Origin: Catajapyx aquilonaris
Taxonomy: Eukaryota
Length of the DNA: 64,000 nucleotides
Reading direction: 5' to 3'
Assembly (NCBI GenBank): GCA_000934665.2
Contig: KZ538408.1
Coordinates: forward strand, 1-64,000
Positions 40,001-52,362 of this stretch are shown here, piece after piece. Both the position numbers and the translations under genes were made by a program. The first letter of the stretch is position 1; every line of letters begins with the position of its first letter. Below the pieces are notes generated by a model. It had not been told where the DNA came from and searched no databases. It was given only the letters and a program-made list of their open reading frames with translations.

Positions 40001-42811
40001 TAATGTGAATTGGCATAAAATGAATCTGTGTTAAAAGGGGTGTAAAACTGGTACTTCCTGTACTGTGGTACAGTAATATTTCACTGAAGCCTCCCACTCC
40101 AGAGATCTAGAGTTCAATGCCTGTATTAGACAGAGGACATTCTAATGTGACGAAAGATTTTATGGGTTCTCCTCAGGCTCACGGGAATTCTCTCTGAGTT
40201 CTCCCATCCCACATCATCACATTCTATCGGCAATACAACTATTGAATGAAGTTAGTGTTAAAAAATGGTTCCCTAAAAGGTGCTTGTAAGCCTCTCACAA
40301 CAGATCACATTTTCATTTTTAACTGATATCTGCAGGGCACTGGTGGCCATATGAAAAGCATTTCCATGGGATGTTTATAGGCATTACCAAAAGCATTGAA
40401 AAAGGCCTACCTGCTGGTTTCAAAATATCCTCCACAAATTCAGCAATTTCCTGAGCTTCATGGTCACCCTGAAACTTGTGAGGCTTCGACTGATTATAAA
40501 GAATTGTCGTGGGATAGGATCGGATGTTGTACTGGGTGCAGAGATGGGCATGAAGAGTGCAATCCACTGTTCCAAACTGAACTGGTCCTTCAGACATTAG
40601 CTTGCTGGCCTTCCTGAATTCTGGGAGAAGCTTCATGCAAGGAGGGCACCATGGAGCAAAAAAATCAACGAACCAAGGTGACTCAGCTTGTATCACACTA
40701 GGGAAATCTCTTGGTGTCAGAACACGTATGTTCTGAGCAGAGGAACTTTCACGAGCAAAGTTTGCCACATCAGGTGAGCTGCTACGACCATGATGCATCT
40801 CGTAGCCTCCTCCACGTTTAAATAAAGCAAACGAAGGGAACTTGAACACGTGAAGCTCATTGCAAATGTCGCTTTGGCGTGAACAGTCAACCATGCCGAT
40901 TTTCATGTGAGGAAGAAGAGCTGGCAATTTCTTCCATTCGAGGCCCTCTCCATGAGATCTGGACACGAAGTGAATGAGCCAAGATGGCTCAGATGACTGC
41001 TTCAGTTTACTCTTCAGATCCTGAAGACAATAACAACATACAGTATAAAGCTTGGTGAATACTAGAGCATAAAACATCTTAACAAAAGTGACATCATATT
41101 CCTCACCTTAAACAGATCTCTATCAATAAGCAAGGCACCAGGTAAGTATGACAGCACTTCAGTTGCTAACTCTTTGGCATCAGATCCTTTCACCATGTGT
41201 GCACCCTCTCGAGTAACTTGTCCCGCTTTAAAATATGCTGCATCATTTTTCCTTCCCAACCTTTTACACAAATCTTCCTCAATTCTGCAATCCATTACTG
41301 CAACTGTTACGAGACCCTCCTGAAGTGTAGAATAAACAAATCTCATTATTTACCTGAATATACATAAAGTGAATGAAGTAAAATATGGGTCACTATTGGC
41401 TGAATATGGGTGATACAAGCATTAGAATTCTGCAGAGTGAAAAATATAATTTACTAATATGCACAAATAGATACATTATTCCCACTAGAGTAATATTTCT
41501 GTTCATCAGACCATTGCAGTGTAATTCTGTTTCAGATCAGGCATCAATAAGTCACAGTCATCACAACAGTTCTGAAACTGGGACATTACGGTACCCAAAA
41601 TTCAACAAGTATTTGTGGCTGATGCAATTACTCACTACGTAGGCTTTCATTAAGTGCTTCAGATTCCTTCATCACTGATTTATCCACACTACTACACACA
41701 AAAGAATTTGCCACCCGTCCTACATATAGGACTCCAGCATAAAATGGATTAATACTGAACACTTACCAACATGGCAGCTAGTTTGAGCCTATTATCTCCA
41801 GACAAGCAACCATCTCCCTCTACCTCCACACAGAAAAAAATTAACCACGGTGTAGCTTTATAAAATTCACTGTCTGTAGTCAAGTGATCAAAATTCTCTT
41901 CCCATAGTTCTATCACATGGAAAGGCAGTTTCTTCATCACAAACTCTATCAACGCACTCTCACTCCTCTCGCCCTTGTATTTCTCCCTCTGAAATCATTT
42001 CAAAGCAGGTTCTACTTATGTGAGAGTTACATATTCATTCAAAAGAATCATCCTTACCTCAGGATAAAGTATTAGGGACGGATAAGAAGAGATTGCCTGT
42101 CCTCGGCACAGTAACCAGTCTTCTTCGCAATTGACAGCTCCTATTCGGATGACACCCTCTAACTCACTGGCCAGTTTTCGCCAAGCAGGAGCCAGATGGT
42201 GGCAATGGGAGCACATGGGAGAGTAGAAGTTAACAAACCATATGTGCTGAGAGTTGAGTACATTTTGTTCTGAAAAACAATGTTTTAGTCAATCTTGCTT
42301 ACGTCCAATTCACTCACATATACTTTCGCCTTGAAATAGAACACAAAAACCAAGAAAATGCTCACCAAAGTCACTACGGCTAAGAGTAATAATTTCAGGG
42401 TCATCATCATAGATTCCAAAATTCTCATTGTAATAATGCCAAGAATGGTACTCGTGCCCAGGCTTAAACTTGTTACTCAACCCTTCTTCACCATGCAAGT
42501 CGTACTTTTTTCTTGACTCATCATCTTTTAGTACTTCATATGCTTTGTTAATTTTTATAAACTTTTCTTGCGCCTCTGGATCATCCTGTGACAATTTTAA
42601 TAACTCAATAATTGTGAAGTAATCATAAGATGAGCAAGCTTACCTTATTTTTATCCGGATGCAATGCAAGTGCTAGCTTCTTGAATGCCTTTCGTATTTC
42701 CCTATTGTCAGCATTTTTGTGGATGCCCAATAGCTCATAATAATCTTCACTATGCACATGTGCAATGGAAACTAATGAACTTACAATAATCACTAGCAGA
42801 AAAGTGGGCAT
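34079..42811 (-). CDS. DNAJC10: DnaJ homolog subfamily C member 10 (ERdj5), ER disulfide reductase, ~784 aa
   Basis: Coding exons 42811-42644, 42585-42366, 42269-42058, 41988-41767, 41319-41107, 41020-40411, 37893-37757, 37688-37549, 34588-34387 and 34309-34079; GT-AG introns with consistent phases, 2355 nt. Signal peptide, J-domain with HPD, four thioredoxin CXXC motifs (CSHC, CPPC, CTPC, CGHC) and C-terminal HDEF. Confidence 0.96.
34880..35864 (-). mobile_element. Tc1-like transposon remnant in a DNAJC10 intron
   Basis: [47 protein letters not shown] on minus; left TIR TACAGGGTGTACC at 35864. Confidence 0.85.
35478..35848. repeat. Subterminal minisatellite of the Tc1 element (29-bp unit plus a longer composite unit)
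   Basis: TATGACATATTGTAGCATACAAAAATGCG repeated, interleaved with TATGACATGAGAATGTGACATCCAATAAATGGG units. Confidence 0.9.
35985..36199. repeat. GAACCCGCTCC-type short tandem repeats ending in a hAT-like terminus
   Basis: Imperfect ~12-bp repeats; ends ...GAGCAACCCTG. Confidence 0.6.
36291..36744. mobile_element. PIF/Harbinger-like MITE
   Basis: TTAAGTGGGTTTTACACAGTCG...CGACTGTGTAGAGCCCACTTAA. Confidence 0.75.
37080..37270. mobile_element. hAT MITE
   Basis: CAGGGGGTTCTTAACC...GGTTAAGAACTGCTG; exact 8-bp TSD ATCTAGGC. Confidence 0.9.
38491..38704. mobile_element. Palindromic MITE, unclassified
   Basis: TACTATCGGACGCATAAAGAATGTCCGGGGAGATTCTTCGTTCAGCC arms, inverted at ~38657-38704. Confidence 0.75.
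39248..39838. mobile_element. Tc1/mariner-type foldback element
   Basis: TA|CAGGGTGGTCGGTAAATGGCGCAC; ~270-bp near-identical arms. Confidence 0.9.
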
Positions 42812-43775
42812 AACTCAAGTTTCCAAACGCACCGTAGCAACAGAAATTTATGAACCTGCAAACAATAAAGTCAGTCAGGCATAGAATCTGCTTGCTCTTC
42901 AGCTGTTTACTTTTCAATACCCTATTTGCTTCAGCATGACAAAAAGAATGAGAACAATGGACAATAGCTCTTGCCCGCTCAGATAATAAGAAAGTACTTT
43001 CTTATTATCTGAGTGGGCAATTTGCGCCTCTCTTCTCTTATGTGTACCTACACATAAGAGAAGAGAGGTGCAAATTTTGCTGAGCTGGTTTCTTCTGGAT
43101 AAGTCTTAAAATATTACCATGATGACGGCACATTAAAAGCTCACAAAACCCTGGGAAAATGATGTAATGGAGGTGATATTATCAGATATGTTAATTTCAT
43201 CTTAGAAATTTACAAGGAATCTGAGTCCAAAAGGAATTATGCGTCCTAAATAGTGCTAGATAACATGATATACTCATTAACCCTATGGTGGCCAGAGGTC
43301 ATTTTGGTAGCATGATCATGCTACCAAAGTTTAAAAAATTTCAAACATCTCTCGTATAACTTCTGTTGTGTTTTTTTGTCACCGTAGCCTTGGAAAGCGC
43401 AGGCAGTTTCAGTTCTCATGAGCATCTATGGCATTTGCATGACATTTAATCGCATGAAATTTGGCATAGCCTCATAGGTCACTGAAGTAGTACAATGTAA
43501 ACAACAACTTCCTGCAGGAAATTGGATGGCCGTAGCTCTCCACTGTTTTTTTCCCCAGCGGAGTCCGCTATGGTAGAAGCAAATAAAAATTGTCATTAAA
43601 TTCTGTAACTACTTTTTGTGAGGACAAAAAATCACAAAACAGGCACTCATGTGCTTGATTACATAGCCATTGGTGGTAGTGGGAAGAGGCTCACTCCTTA
43701 CTGGCCAGTCAGACGTCACTGTGCGGGAGTGTCGAGATGCTGTCATCTGATAATAATCACTTCCGTGCTTGACTT

Positions 43776-44325
43776 TACAAGGGGTGTTTATAAAGTTCAT
43801 AGCTTTGGGTTGAAGAAAAAGAGAGAAATGGTTCAAATTGCACACATGTATGAGTCCTTCTCTCTATATGAACACTGCAGAGCCCCACATTTTCCCCACC
43901 CATGCATGACCTGTCAGACACCATCATTGTAGAAGTCAACACTTTATTCTTGAAAAAAGTTTTCAACCTCAGTTGCCCATGGTGGGGGGCGATTGTGTTT
44001 CTCCCATGACCTCAAAGACCGATCCGGCTTGGGAGACCCTGCCAGGAGACGAAGCTGCTGCCAGCATAGCTCTTTGAGGTCATGGGAGAAACACAAGCCC
44101 CTCCCACCATGAACAACAGAGGTTGAAAACTTTTTTTCAGGCACAAGTGATCGGCTTCTACAATGATGGTGTCACACAGGTTGTGCATCATTGTGCATTT
44201 CTTGTATAAATGTGGGGCTCTTCATATAGATTTATAGAAAGAAGGGCAAATACACGTCTGCAATTTGAACGGTTTCAATATTTTCCTTCAACCCAAATGT
44301 ACGAACTTTATGAATGCCCCTTGTA
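43776..44325. mobile_element. Mariner-type foldback MITE
   Basis: TACAAGGGG...CCCCTTGTA termini with long inverted arms. Confidence 0.8.
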
Positions 44326-44655
44326 CTACATCCTTCATTTAAATGTTTCAAATTTTTCATTGGACAATCAACATTTTCATAAATTTAAAACAAGGCATAG
44401 GCAATCAGAGAAACTTATTTAAGATTATTTCTATAAGCTGTTTGTTCCAGAAAAAATAAAATCAAGCACTCTACTATGTGAACTTGAGGTGACACATACT
44501 AAATGAAGCCACTACATCTACAGGAATATCTATACTGTATACAAGAGGCTTAATAAACAAATCAGGATCTACTTTCTCCCGCCCATGTAAACAAACCTGC
44601 ATGGTGTAAGCAGTTCGTTGGTACAGCATCTTTACACTAGTGGCTATTATTATTA

Positions 44656-44710
<55 letters not shown>

Positions 44711-45213
44711 GGTCAAATCTCGTTTTAGCGAATATCAACACAACGAAATTTCAATAGAATGAAACAAAATTTAAATTTTGGTTGGCCAGCCGAAAAAGCA
44801 ATGTATTTGTAATCTAGTTATTATGAAATGCATTACTACGAAATTTTCAGTACAACGAATACGAAAGGTGGTTCCCCAGCTAGTATTGAACCCAATATAA
44901 CGAAATGTTGGGGTAAAAGTTGCATCACGGGGTCGGCAGTGTCTGTTTTGGGGAGTGACCAGGACGTCAAAGACTCAGATGACCCTGACAACCTATGTGT
45001 GGAGGTCCGTAGCTGAAAGCACCGGCATGCATGATGACGTTACCTTCCCCAATTTTGTATCGGCAGATGACGACGTACAAGTGTGCCAGGACTTGACAGA
45101 TTCGGACATACTTGCGGGGGAAAGAAAAATAATAGATCTCGATATAACGAAATTCCGTTATTATGAAAACATTTGCCTGGTCCCGCCGGTTTCATTGTAA
45201 TGAGATTTGACCT

Positions 45214-45215
<2 letters not shown>
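44711..45215 (+). mobile_element. Tigger/pogo-like deletion derivative flanked by (TAT)n
   Basis: GGTCAAATCTC...GAGATTTGACCTGTA termini; VTFPNFVSADDDVQVCQDLTDSDIL resembles a Tigger C-terminus. Confidence 0.7.
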
Positions 45216-45278
<63 letters not shown>

Positions 45279-45703
45279 GTGCTGTCCGCCAGGGATCACA
45301 GTTACATACGAATCCAACCTACAGACACTCTCAGGAAAGTATTCCCGTTTGTAGACTGGAGACTTGCTGCATATAAATGGCAAAGTTTGTTAGCTTGTTT
45401 GTCCAGGTAGAAGGGGAGGAAGAGGTAGCCCATAGTATACCCATTTTATACCATTTTACAACCAACAGTTTTACCAAGGAACCATGCCATGCAAAACATA
45501 GGTTCCGCTGCTATGTTATCTACACATTACTGCACCTCATATTATAGACCCATTTAAGGTCCTTCTTGTCAATGGCACATACAACCAGGGGTTTCCAATG
45601 GATTTCAGGTTGGCAGGATGGCAGACTTTATAAGCATGCTTAAAAAAAACCTCGTGGTCACAGAGTTTAATGATAATAATCAATACATGGACATATATTA
45701 AAG

Positions 45704-45805
45704 CAGTGGTTTCCAACCTTTCACCAACCGCGACCCCCTAAACATGTTTCCATAAATGTGCGACCTCCCCCCCCCTCCCCGGCCCCTTCTACAACTGCCC
45801 CCTTN

Positions 45806-45836
<31 letters not shown>

Positions 45837-45862
45837 GGCGACCCCCCAGTTGGAAACCACCG
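45704..45862. mobile_element. hAT MITE
   Basis: CAGTGGTTTCCAAC...GTTGGAAACCACCG; TSD TATTAAAG/TATTAAAC. Confidence 0.75.
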
Positions 45863-48832
45863 TATTAAACTGTAACAAACCAGATTTTGAATGCCAAGAA
45901 ATGACACATATAAATGCTTAAAATCAGAAACCAGCTCTGTCACATTGGTTCAGCATACCAGTATTGAGACTTCTGAAAATGATATGAAATCAGACAGGTG
46001 ATGTTGAAGCATTTATCAGATGCTGAAGATGACTGAAATTTACATGGTTGATGGATGTGGTTATCCAAAGCTACATATGCCAAACACATTTGGCCCTGAC
46101 ATATGGCAACCACCACAATTCTATGTCATTCTCAGTCAAAGCTGACACATCCATCATCATAATTATGCACAACCTGTATGTTGTTACTCGACCGTAAAAA
46201 ATTTTCCAGTGCCCACAGATCCCAACTATTCTGTACAATAGTTGGGATCCCCCAACATTCCATCATTAGTGCCAACATAAACTTCTTATCAGGCCCATGG
46301 TAATGAAGCTACTCCAAGGTAAGCCGCCAAATGTGTGACAGCTGCACGCCTGCCCTGTGCCAACTGAACGCATCTCTCGAATGCCCTGCGGCAATTATCT
46401 ACTTCCAGATCTAGTCCGAGATACTCGCCTGTATCAGCTCACTGTCAACAAGTTAGTCACTCGCCGCCGTGCTCGCCGCCATTCCGCATTATCCACATTA
46501 CTTAACAAAAGTACAGGCAAAACGAAATTTATCGAATCTATACACTTGTTTATATAGACAGCTTCTTCAACATCCAGTGAAGTGGCTTAAAATAATACCT
46601 AAATACCTTATGAAAGTAGAAGCTGCTGGTTCGCTGACGGTGGTTGTCACATGTGCATGAGCTTCATGCAAAACAGGTAGTGCTTGAATTGCGTAAGAGT
46701 AGGAAGAGGGCAGCCTATTATAATGGCGCGCTTTCGTGATGCTGATTGTATACATGTCATATGTATAAGTCTGATAAGATCGAGTTTTTTTTTGCCGTAA
46801 TCCACTACACCAGCAGGATTTGTAGATTATCTGTCAGACTGACTGTATCGGCTCCGATGAATCAATTTTAATTTTAATTCAGCAGGACCGGAGGGAAAGT
46901 GGAAGTGGGTGAAAAGCCCTTGGGGCAAAAGTAGGCCGGCACAAGTCTTCTCGGTTTGCATCAGCTTGCATACTCTACTGATGTAATGGTAATGCGCCAT
47001 AATACGGTCGTACCACCTCATTCGGTAACTTCCTCAACCAAACTCTCAAATAACAAGACTCTCATGCTGCTGGCAACAGTTCAGTAACGCCACCTATGAC
47101 CCCACATCTTCTATACAATTCTAACCAATATTGAACCCCCACTTCCTAATAATCCATCTAAAAAAAATTAAAAATATAAATTTAATCATATTAACTATGA
47201 AGATGATTGTAACACCCAGCGCAACCGCCGGAGGGCGCCACCGACCGACCAACTGACCCACCTACCAGTAGCCGAACAGTTGTAGTGAGCGAACGAGGGC
47301 TGGCGCAAGTGGCAAGTCTTCCTTCTCAAGCCAGCGAGCAAGGGAGCAGGGATTCTCCCCTCGCTATTCTCCGGTACGTTTGCATCGCTTTTATGTTGGG
47401 TATGGTTGTGTGTGGGTATATGCCTGGATATGTGGGGGTCAAGGATGAGTCGGACTGCATTGGGAAGGAGTCATTGACATGACTGCACCTGCTGTCCTGC
47501 TTGGGAAGAGAGGGTTGGGAAGAGTACAAAAAAAAAAAAAAAGCACCATGTGTGACAATGGCTTGAGGCTTTGAATTTGGCAGTTGGTGGAGAGTAATGT
47601 GGGATAATTGTGTGGACAATGTTGCCTTCAGGTGCTTGGCGACTTTGATGTTCCGGGCCGGGTTAACATTTGCTGGCTGGCTTGCTGGAGAAATAATGCT
47701 AGGTGGTTCAGGCCGGATAACGGGGTATCAAATAAATAAATAAATAAATAAATAAAAATAATGCTAGGTGGTTGATTAGTGAGAGGAGCATGTAGCACTT
47801 GGGACTTATTACAGAAAATATTTGTAGCATAGCCATCTGTACACAACAGCAAAGTGTACATCAGACAAATAAGGTAACATTGCTAGGTGATTTGTGTAGA
47901 AAAAGGTGGTTTGGCACACGGAAATGCCCAGATCCTGTCAGTTTTTCCGGAAAAGCACGGCCAATCTCGGTTAGCATCCAAATCTCTCCACTTGTCACTA
48001 TTGAAATATGTAATGAGTCACATACTCTGACAGAGCATTACAGCCACATGTTTGACAAAGGTTGACTTATTCGGCTGGATGTTTTTGCTTTTCATTTACC
48101 TAACTCTGCAAATTGAACATTGCTGTCTGAACAAAGCTCACACATGCGAGAAGCTGACAATGCTACCTGATAAATAAATTTTCTTCGACCATAATGATGC
48201 ATTGAGTGCCATCTGCATTTTTCTTAACGTGAAATTAATGTTGTCCTAGTATTTGGGAGGATTGTTGGCTCGGAGACCTTGTGTTACTCGCCACACTACC
48301 CAAAATTGTCTGTTGTCTTTTCACTTTAAAGAATGACACCTGCGTCAGGGATCATGTTGTTATTAACAGTAGATAAACATTACGGCGTAATGTATGACCT
48401 AGATAATTGGCCTGTTTTGAAGCAAGAGTATGCTTTTTGAATAGTCTCAGGCGAGCCTGTGTATAATGTGGACCATTTTACCTGGGGCATTTTCTCACAG
48501 GAAATGCCTGTTATGAACGTGATTTTTGACACAAAGTTATTATGTGAAGGATTGTAAATTGGAAACAATGCTATTGGTTGACAGTGGCACACCGTTGTGA
48601 TTGGAGTCTTATAAGAACCTGTGTGTACAGGGTGATGTGTGTACAGGGTGATAAATACTTGTCCGACTAATATTGCCATTTGTTGTCACTTAGCTGCTAA
48701 CGTTTAAGGAGTATATTTTGCAAGGTTTGTTTAAGTATCAGCAGCTAATACTTTTGATAGCCATTAAAATACTATGCAAAAGTGACTAGTAAAAATTAGG
48801 CAGCTTAGTGCCAACAAATAGCCATATCAGTC

Positions 48833-49155
48833 GGGAGACGGAGTGGCGCCGCGGTAACGTGCGCGCCCACGGATGTTAAGGTCCCGGGTTCGATTCCAAC
48901 CCGGGGACACCCCCTTCATCTCGTGCAGAGTTCAAGGGTCACCTCTGGCTTCGTCTCGGGTGGTATATCCACAGACTAAACCACCCGGGGGAGTTCACTA
49001 AAAATGGCCACATAAAGACATTGCACTGCACCTTGCACATCCCCTCCTGTCATCCTGCCCGTGGGCCCGGGCGCTTCGAATATGGCACCAGCATGTATAC
49101 TTCGATTGAAATAAAGGTCCGTGCAAATACCCTCTGGGTGAGCACTAACCCAACA

Positions 49156-49205
<50 letters not shown>
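48833..49205 (+). mobile_element. tRNA-derived SINE family B, full length
   Basis: A/B boxes; (ATT)n tail; exact 17-bp TSD AAATAGCCATATCAGTC at 48816-48832 and 49206-49222. Confidence 0.9.
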
Positions 49206-49206
<1 letters not shown>

Positions 49207-49309
49207 AATAGCCATATCAGTCAGACACTTTTGATCCTCTTGCATGTGTGAAATATTTATACATTTTCATTGGTGCTCATAATAGCACTGCTTGCATGAA
49301 TTATTGAAG

Positions 49310-50374
49310 TACTGTATTACCTCTCATAAAGCATGCATGGCGGTATAAAACGAGGTTGACGAGGAGACCAGCATGCCGGTATAACCCGGGGATGGCCGGC
49401 ATGCCGCAATAACAGAGGTTGATTTCCGTAATTTTGATCCTTTCCAAAAAAAATTGAATGCTTCTGGTACTGAAAATGGGCCAGTGTACAGGCTGTGAGA
49501 ATATATGCAAGTTCTGTTGCACAGTGCATGTACAGGGAGTTTCGGAATTCAGGGGACAAACTTGCAGGGGTAATAGAGGGGACCAAGACAAACATATTTC
49601 ACATAGGAACCTGTGTCCGGAAAGAGGGGGTTCATAGACAAGGAACAGGTGCGCTCAGATGTGTCACGCAGGAGGCTCTAGGCGAGCGGACTGTTTTGTT
49701 GATAGATGACGCGCGGATAGTAAACAACAACACTATGTGCCATCACCTGGCAACAACAGAACTGTTATTTACTATCCGCGTGTTTTAGTTGCTAGATGGC
49801 TCTGTTGTTGCCAGGTTATGGCACATAGTGTTGTTGTTTACTATCTGAGCGCCATCTATCAACAAAACAGTCCGCTCGCCTAGCGCCTCCCGCATGACGC
49901 GTCTGAGTGCACCCGTTCCTCGTCTATGAACCCCCTCTAGATGGCGTTTCCTGACACGGATTCCTATGTGAAATATGTTTGTCTTGGTCCCCTCCATTAC
50001 CCCTGCAAGTTTGTCCCCTGAATTCAGAAACTCCCTGTATAAGAAATGTAGAGTGTGTGACAAATCCCATCGTCAGCCTGCTTTGACAGGGGAAACCCCT
50101 GCTACAACATACTGTTTAAATAGAGATTATTGCCAGACATTGCAATTGAAAACAATTCGGTATATATTCGGAAAATGTGCCTTTTCAATGGCCTTTATGT
50201 GAATTTCGATTTTCAGGCAAATGTCAAGTTCGGAAAGGATAACGTAACTTATGTGAAAACCTCGCCTTATACCGGCATGCCGGTATACCCACCAGATCAT
50301 GCATTTCTAAAAACTGGTCGACCTCAACTACACAGGCATGCCGCTTTATGAGAGCATTGAGAGGTAATACAGTA
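49310..50374. mobile_element. pogo-like TIR element containing a foldback insertion
   Basis: TACTGTATTACCTCTC...GAGAGGTAATACAGTA termini. Confidence 0.7.
49531..50039. mobile_element. Tc1/mariner foldback, copy 1 of a family
   Basis: TA|CAGGGAGTTTCGGAATTCAGGGGACAAAC arms. Confidence 0.9.
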
Positions 50375-50375
50375 A

Positions 50376-50941
50376 TACAGGGTGTTAATGAATTCAATCG
50401 ACAAACTTGTAGGGGTAATAGAGGGGACCAAGACAAACATTTTTGACATAGGAAACCGTGTCCGGAAATGCCATCTAGAGGGGGTTCATAGACAAGGAAA
50501 GGGTGAGCTCAGACGCGTCACGCGAGAGGTGCTAGGTGAGCGGATTGTTTTGTTGTTAGATGGCGCTCGGATAGTAACCAACGATGCGATGTGCCATAAC
50601 GTGGCAACAACAGAGTCATCTAGCAACTAAAGTCCGCCTCCTAGGAGACGCGCGGATAGTCAACAACGGTTCTGTTGTTGCCAGGTTATGGCGTATCGCG
50701 TTGTTGTTTACTTACAACGACACGATACGCCATAACCTGGCAACACCTGCGCGCCATCTATCAACAAAACAGTCCACTCGACTAGCGCCTCCCGCGTGAC
50801 GCGTCTGAGTGCACCCGTTCCTTGTCTATGAACCCCCTCTAGATGGCGTTTCCGGACACGGTTTCCTATGTCAAAAATGTTGGTCTTGGTCCCCTCTATT
50901 ACCGCTACAAGTTTGTCGATTGAATTCATTAACACCCTGTA
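50376..50941. mobile_element. Tc1/mariner foldback, copy 2 of the same family
   Basis: TA|CAGGGTGTTAATGAATTCAATCGACAAAC arms; body homologous to 49531-50039. Confidence 0.9.
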
Positions 50942-52102
50942 TAGTGCAAGTACCTGTATTGAATTCTGCATGCCCCACAGGGTTGTACTGTGTCGTAATA
51001 GTAATTGTGGATAGTGCATTGTGGAGCATTGCCATAGAATTTTATTTGCTTTAAGCTCCATGAAGCCAGTTCGTGAGAGTGCTGGAAAAGAAGGTGCAAA
51101 TGAATCACGAGAATTCACATAAATGACAGCAGTGTGATTTTGTGTAAGCTCATGATTTTATGATGATTAGTGCAATTTATTGTGGATGTTTCCATCATCA
51201 GAAGGAGTGAAAAGCCAGAAATATACCACCAGAAGAATTGGAGATTTTGTCAAATTCTAGAGATAAACGAGCCTGACTGATTGATTCTTGCAAATAGAAA
51301 AGGAAACTATATCAGTTTAGAGGATTATAGGAAATCTGCTGGAGAACTATACTGCTCTGAGCATGAAGATTTCATTCCAAGTTCATCTGTTAAAAATCAT
51401 GACAGTTATGGAATAATAGTATTTCCGTATTATTGGAATGCAGGGATATTATGACTAGAAATAACATCGCTACATTCTCAGGTTTGGTGTTTCTTTCTGC
51501 TAATTACGCAAGGCATTTGATGAGGCAAAATGCAAGGAAACACATTGATTTTCATGTCCTGATGCTCTCTTAAAGCAGAGGATGGGGAGAAGGGAAACCA
51601 ACAGTTGCTTTTGATTTTTAGGTGGCAGTTCAAATTGGGTGCTCTATATTAGGAGAGGTTGTGCTTCCTTTTAACATGCTGCAGGCAAACTGAAAGTTTG
51701 GCGTAAAGGAAAAATGCCACTTTGAATTCTGACGGACATGGTTCCAAAGCGAGTCAAGTAATTTGGCTCACTTCCAAATTAAGGAATTGTCCACTTGGGA
51801 AAGCATGGGATTGCTATGATTGGCAAATGTCCAACATGATTTTTTTTCTCCCCACAAGTCAGTCTCTTTTTACGCTTGGAACATCATGATGATTGAAATA
51901 ATTGCACTTTATGCAACAAATAGGGTGAAAATGACATGGTGGTAGCTGGAAAATGATTATGAAAACGATGGGTTTCCTTCACAAAGGATGTGTAATTTTC
52001 ATTTTTTAAATTGACCTTAATTAGACTAGTTCTGATTCACCAGTTTAATATAAATTGTAGTAAATTATTCTTAAGGCCAATATATTCATTGTTACATTAG
52101 AT

Positions 52103-52319
52103 TCGGGTGGCAATTTCCGACAGACTAAGCCACCCGGGGGAGTTCACAAAATGACCATTAGAGTCATTGCACTTGCACATTGCACATCCCCTCCTATTCA
52201 TTCCCCCTTCGCTCGCGGTACCCGGGCGTTACGGAAAAGGACCACTTGTAAAAGCTTGTACATCTTAAGCAAATAAAGGTACCGTGCCAGATGCCCAATT
52301 AGGGCGGTGCACTAACCCA

Positions 52320-52355
<36 letters not shown>

Positions 52356-52362
52356 ATTAATA
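52103..52362 (+). mobile_element. 5'-truncated SINE B-related copy
   Basis: CAGACTAAGCCACCCGGGGGAGTTCAC...GCACTAACCC(ATT)n; flanking repeat ATTGTTACATTAG. Confidence 0.75.
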
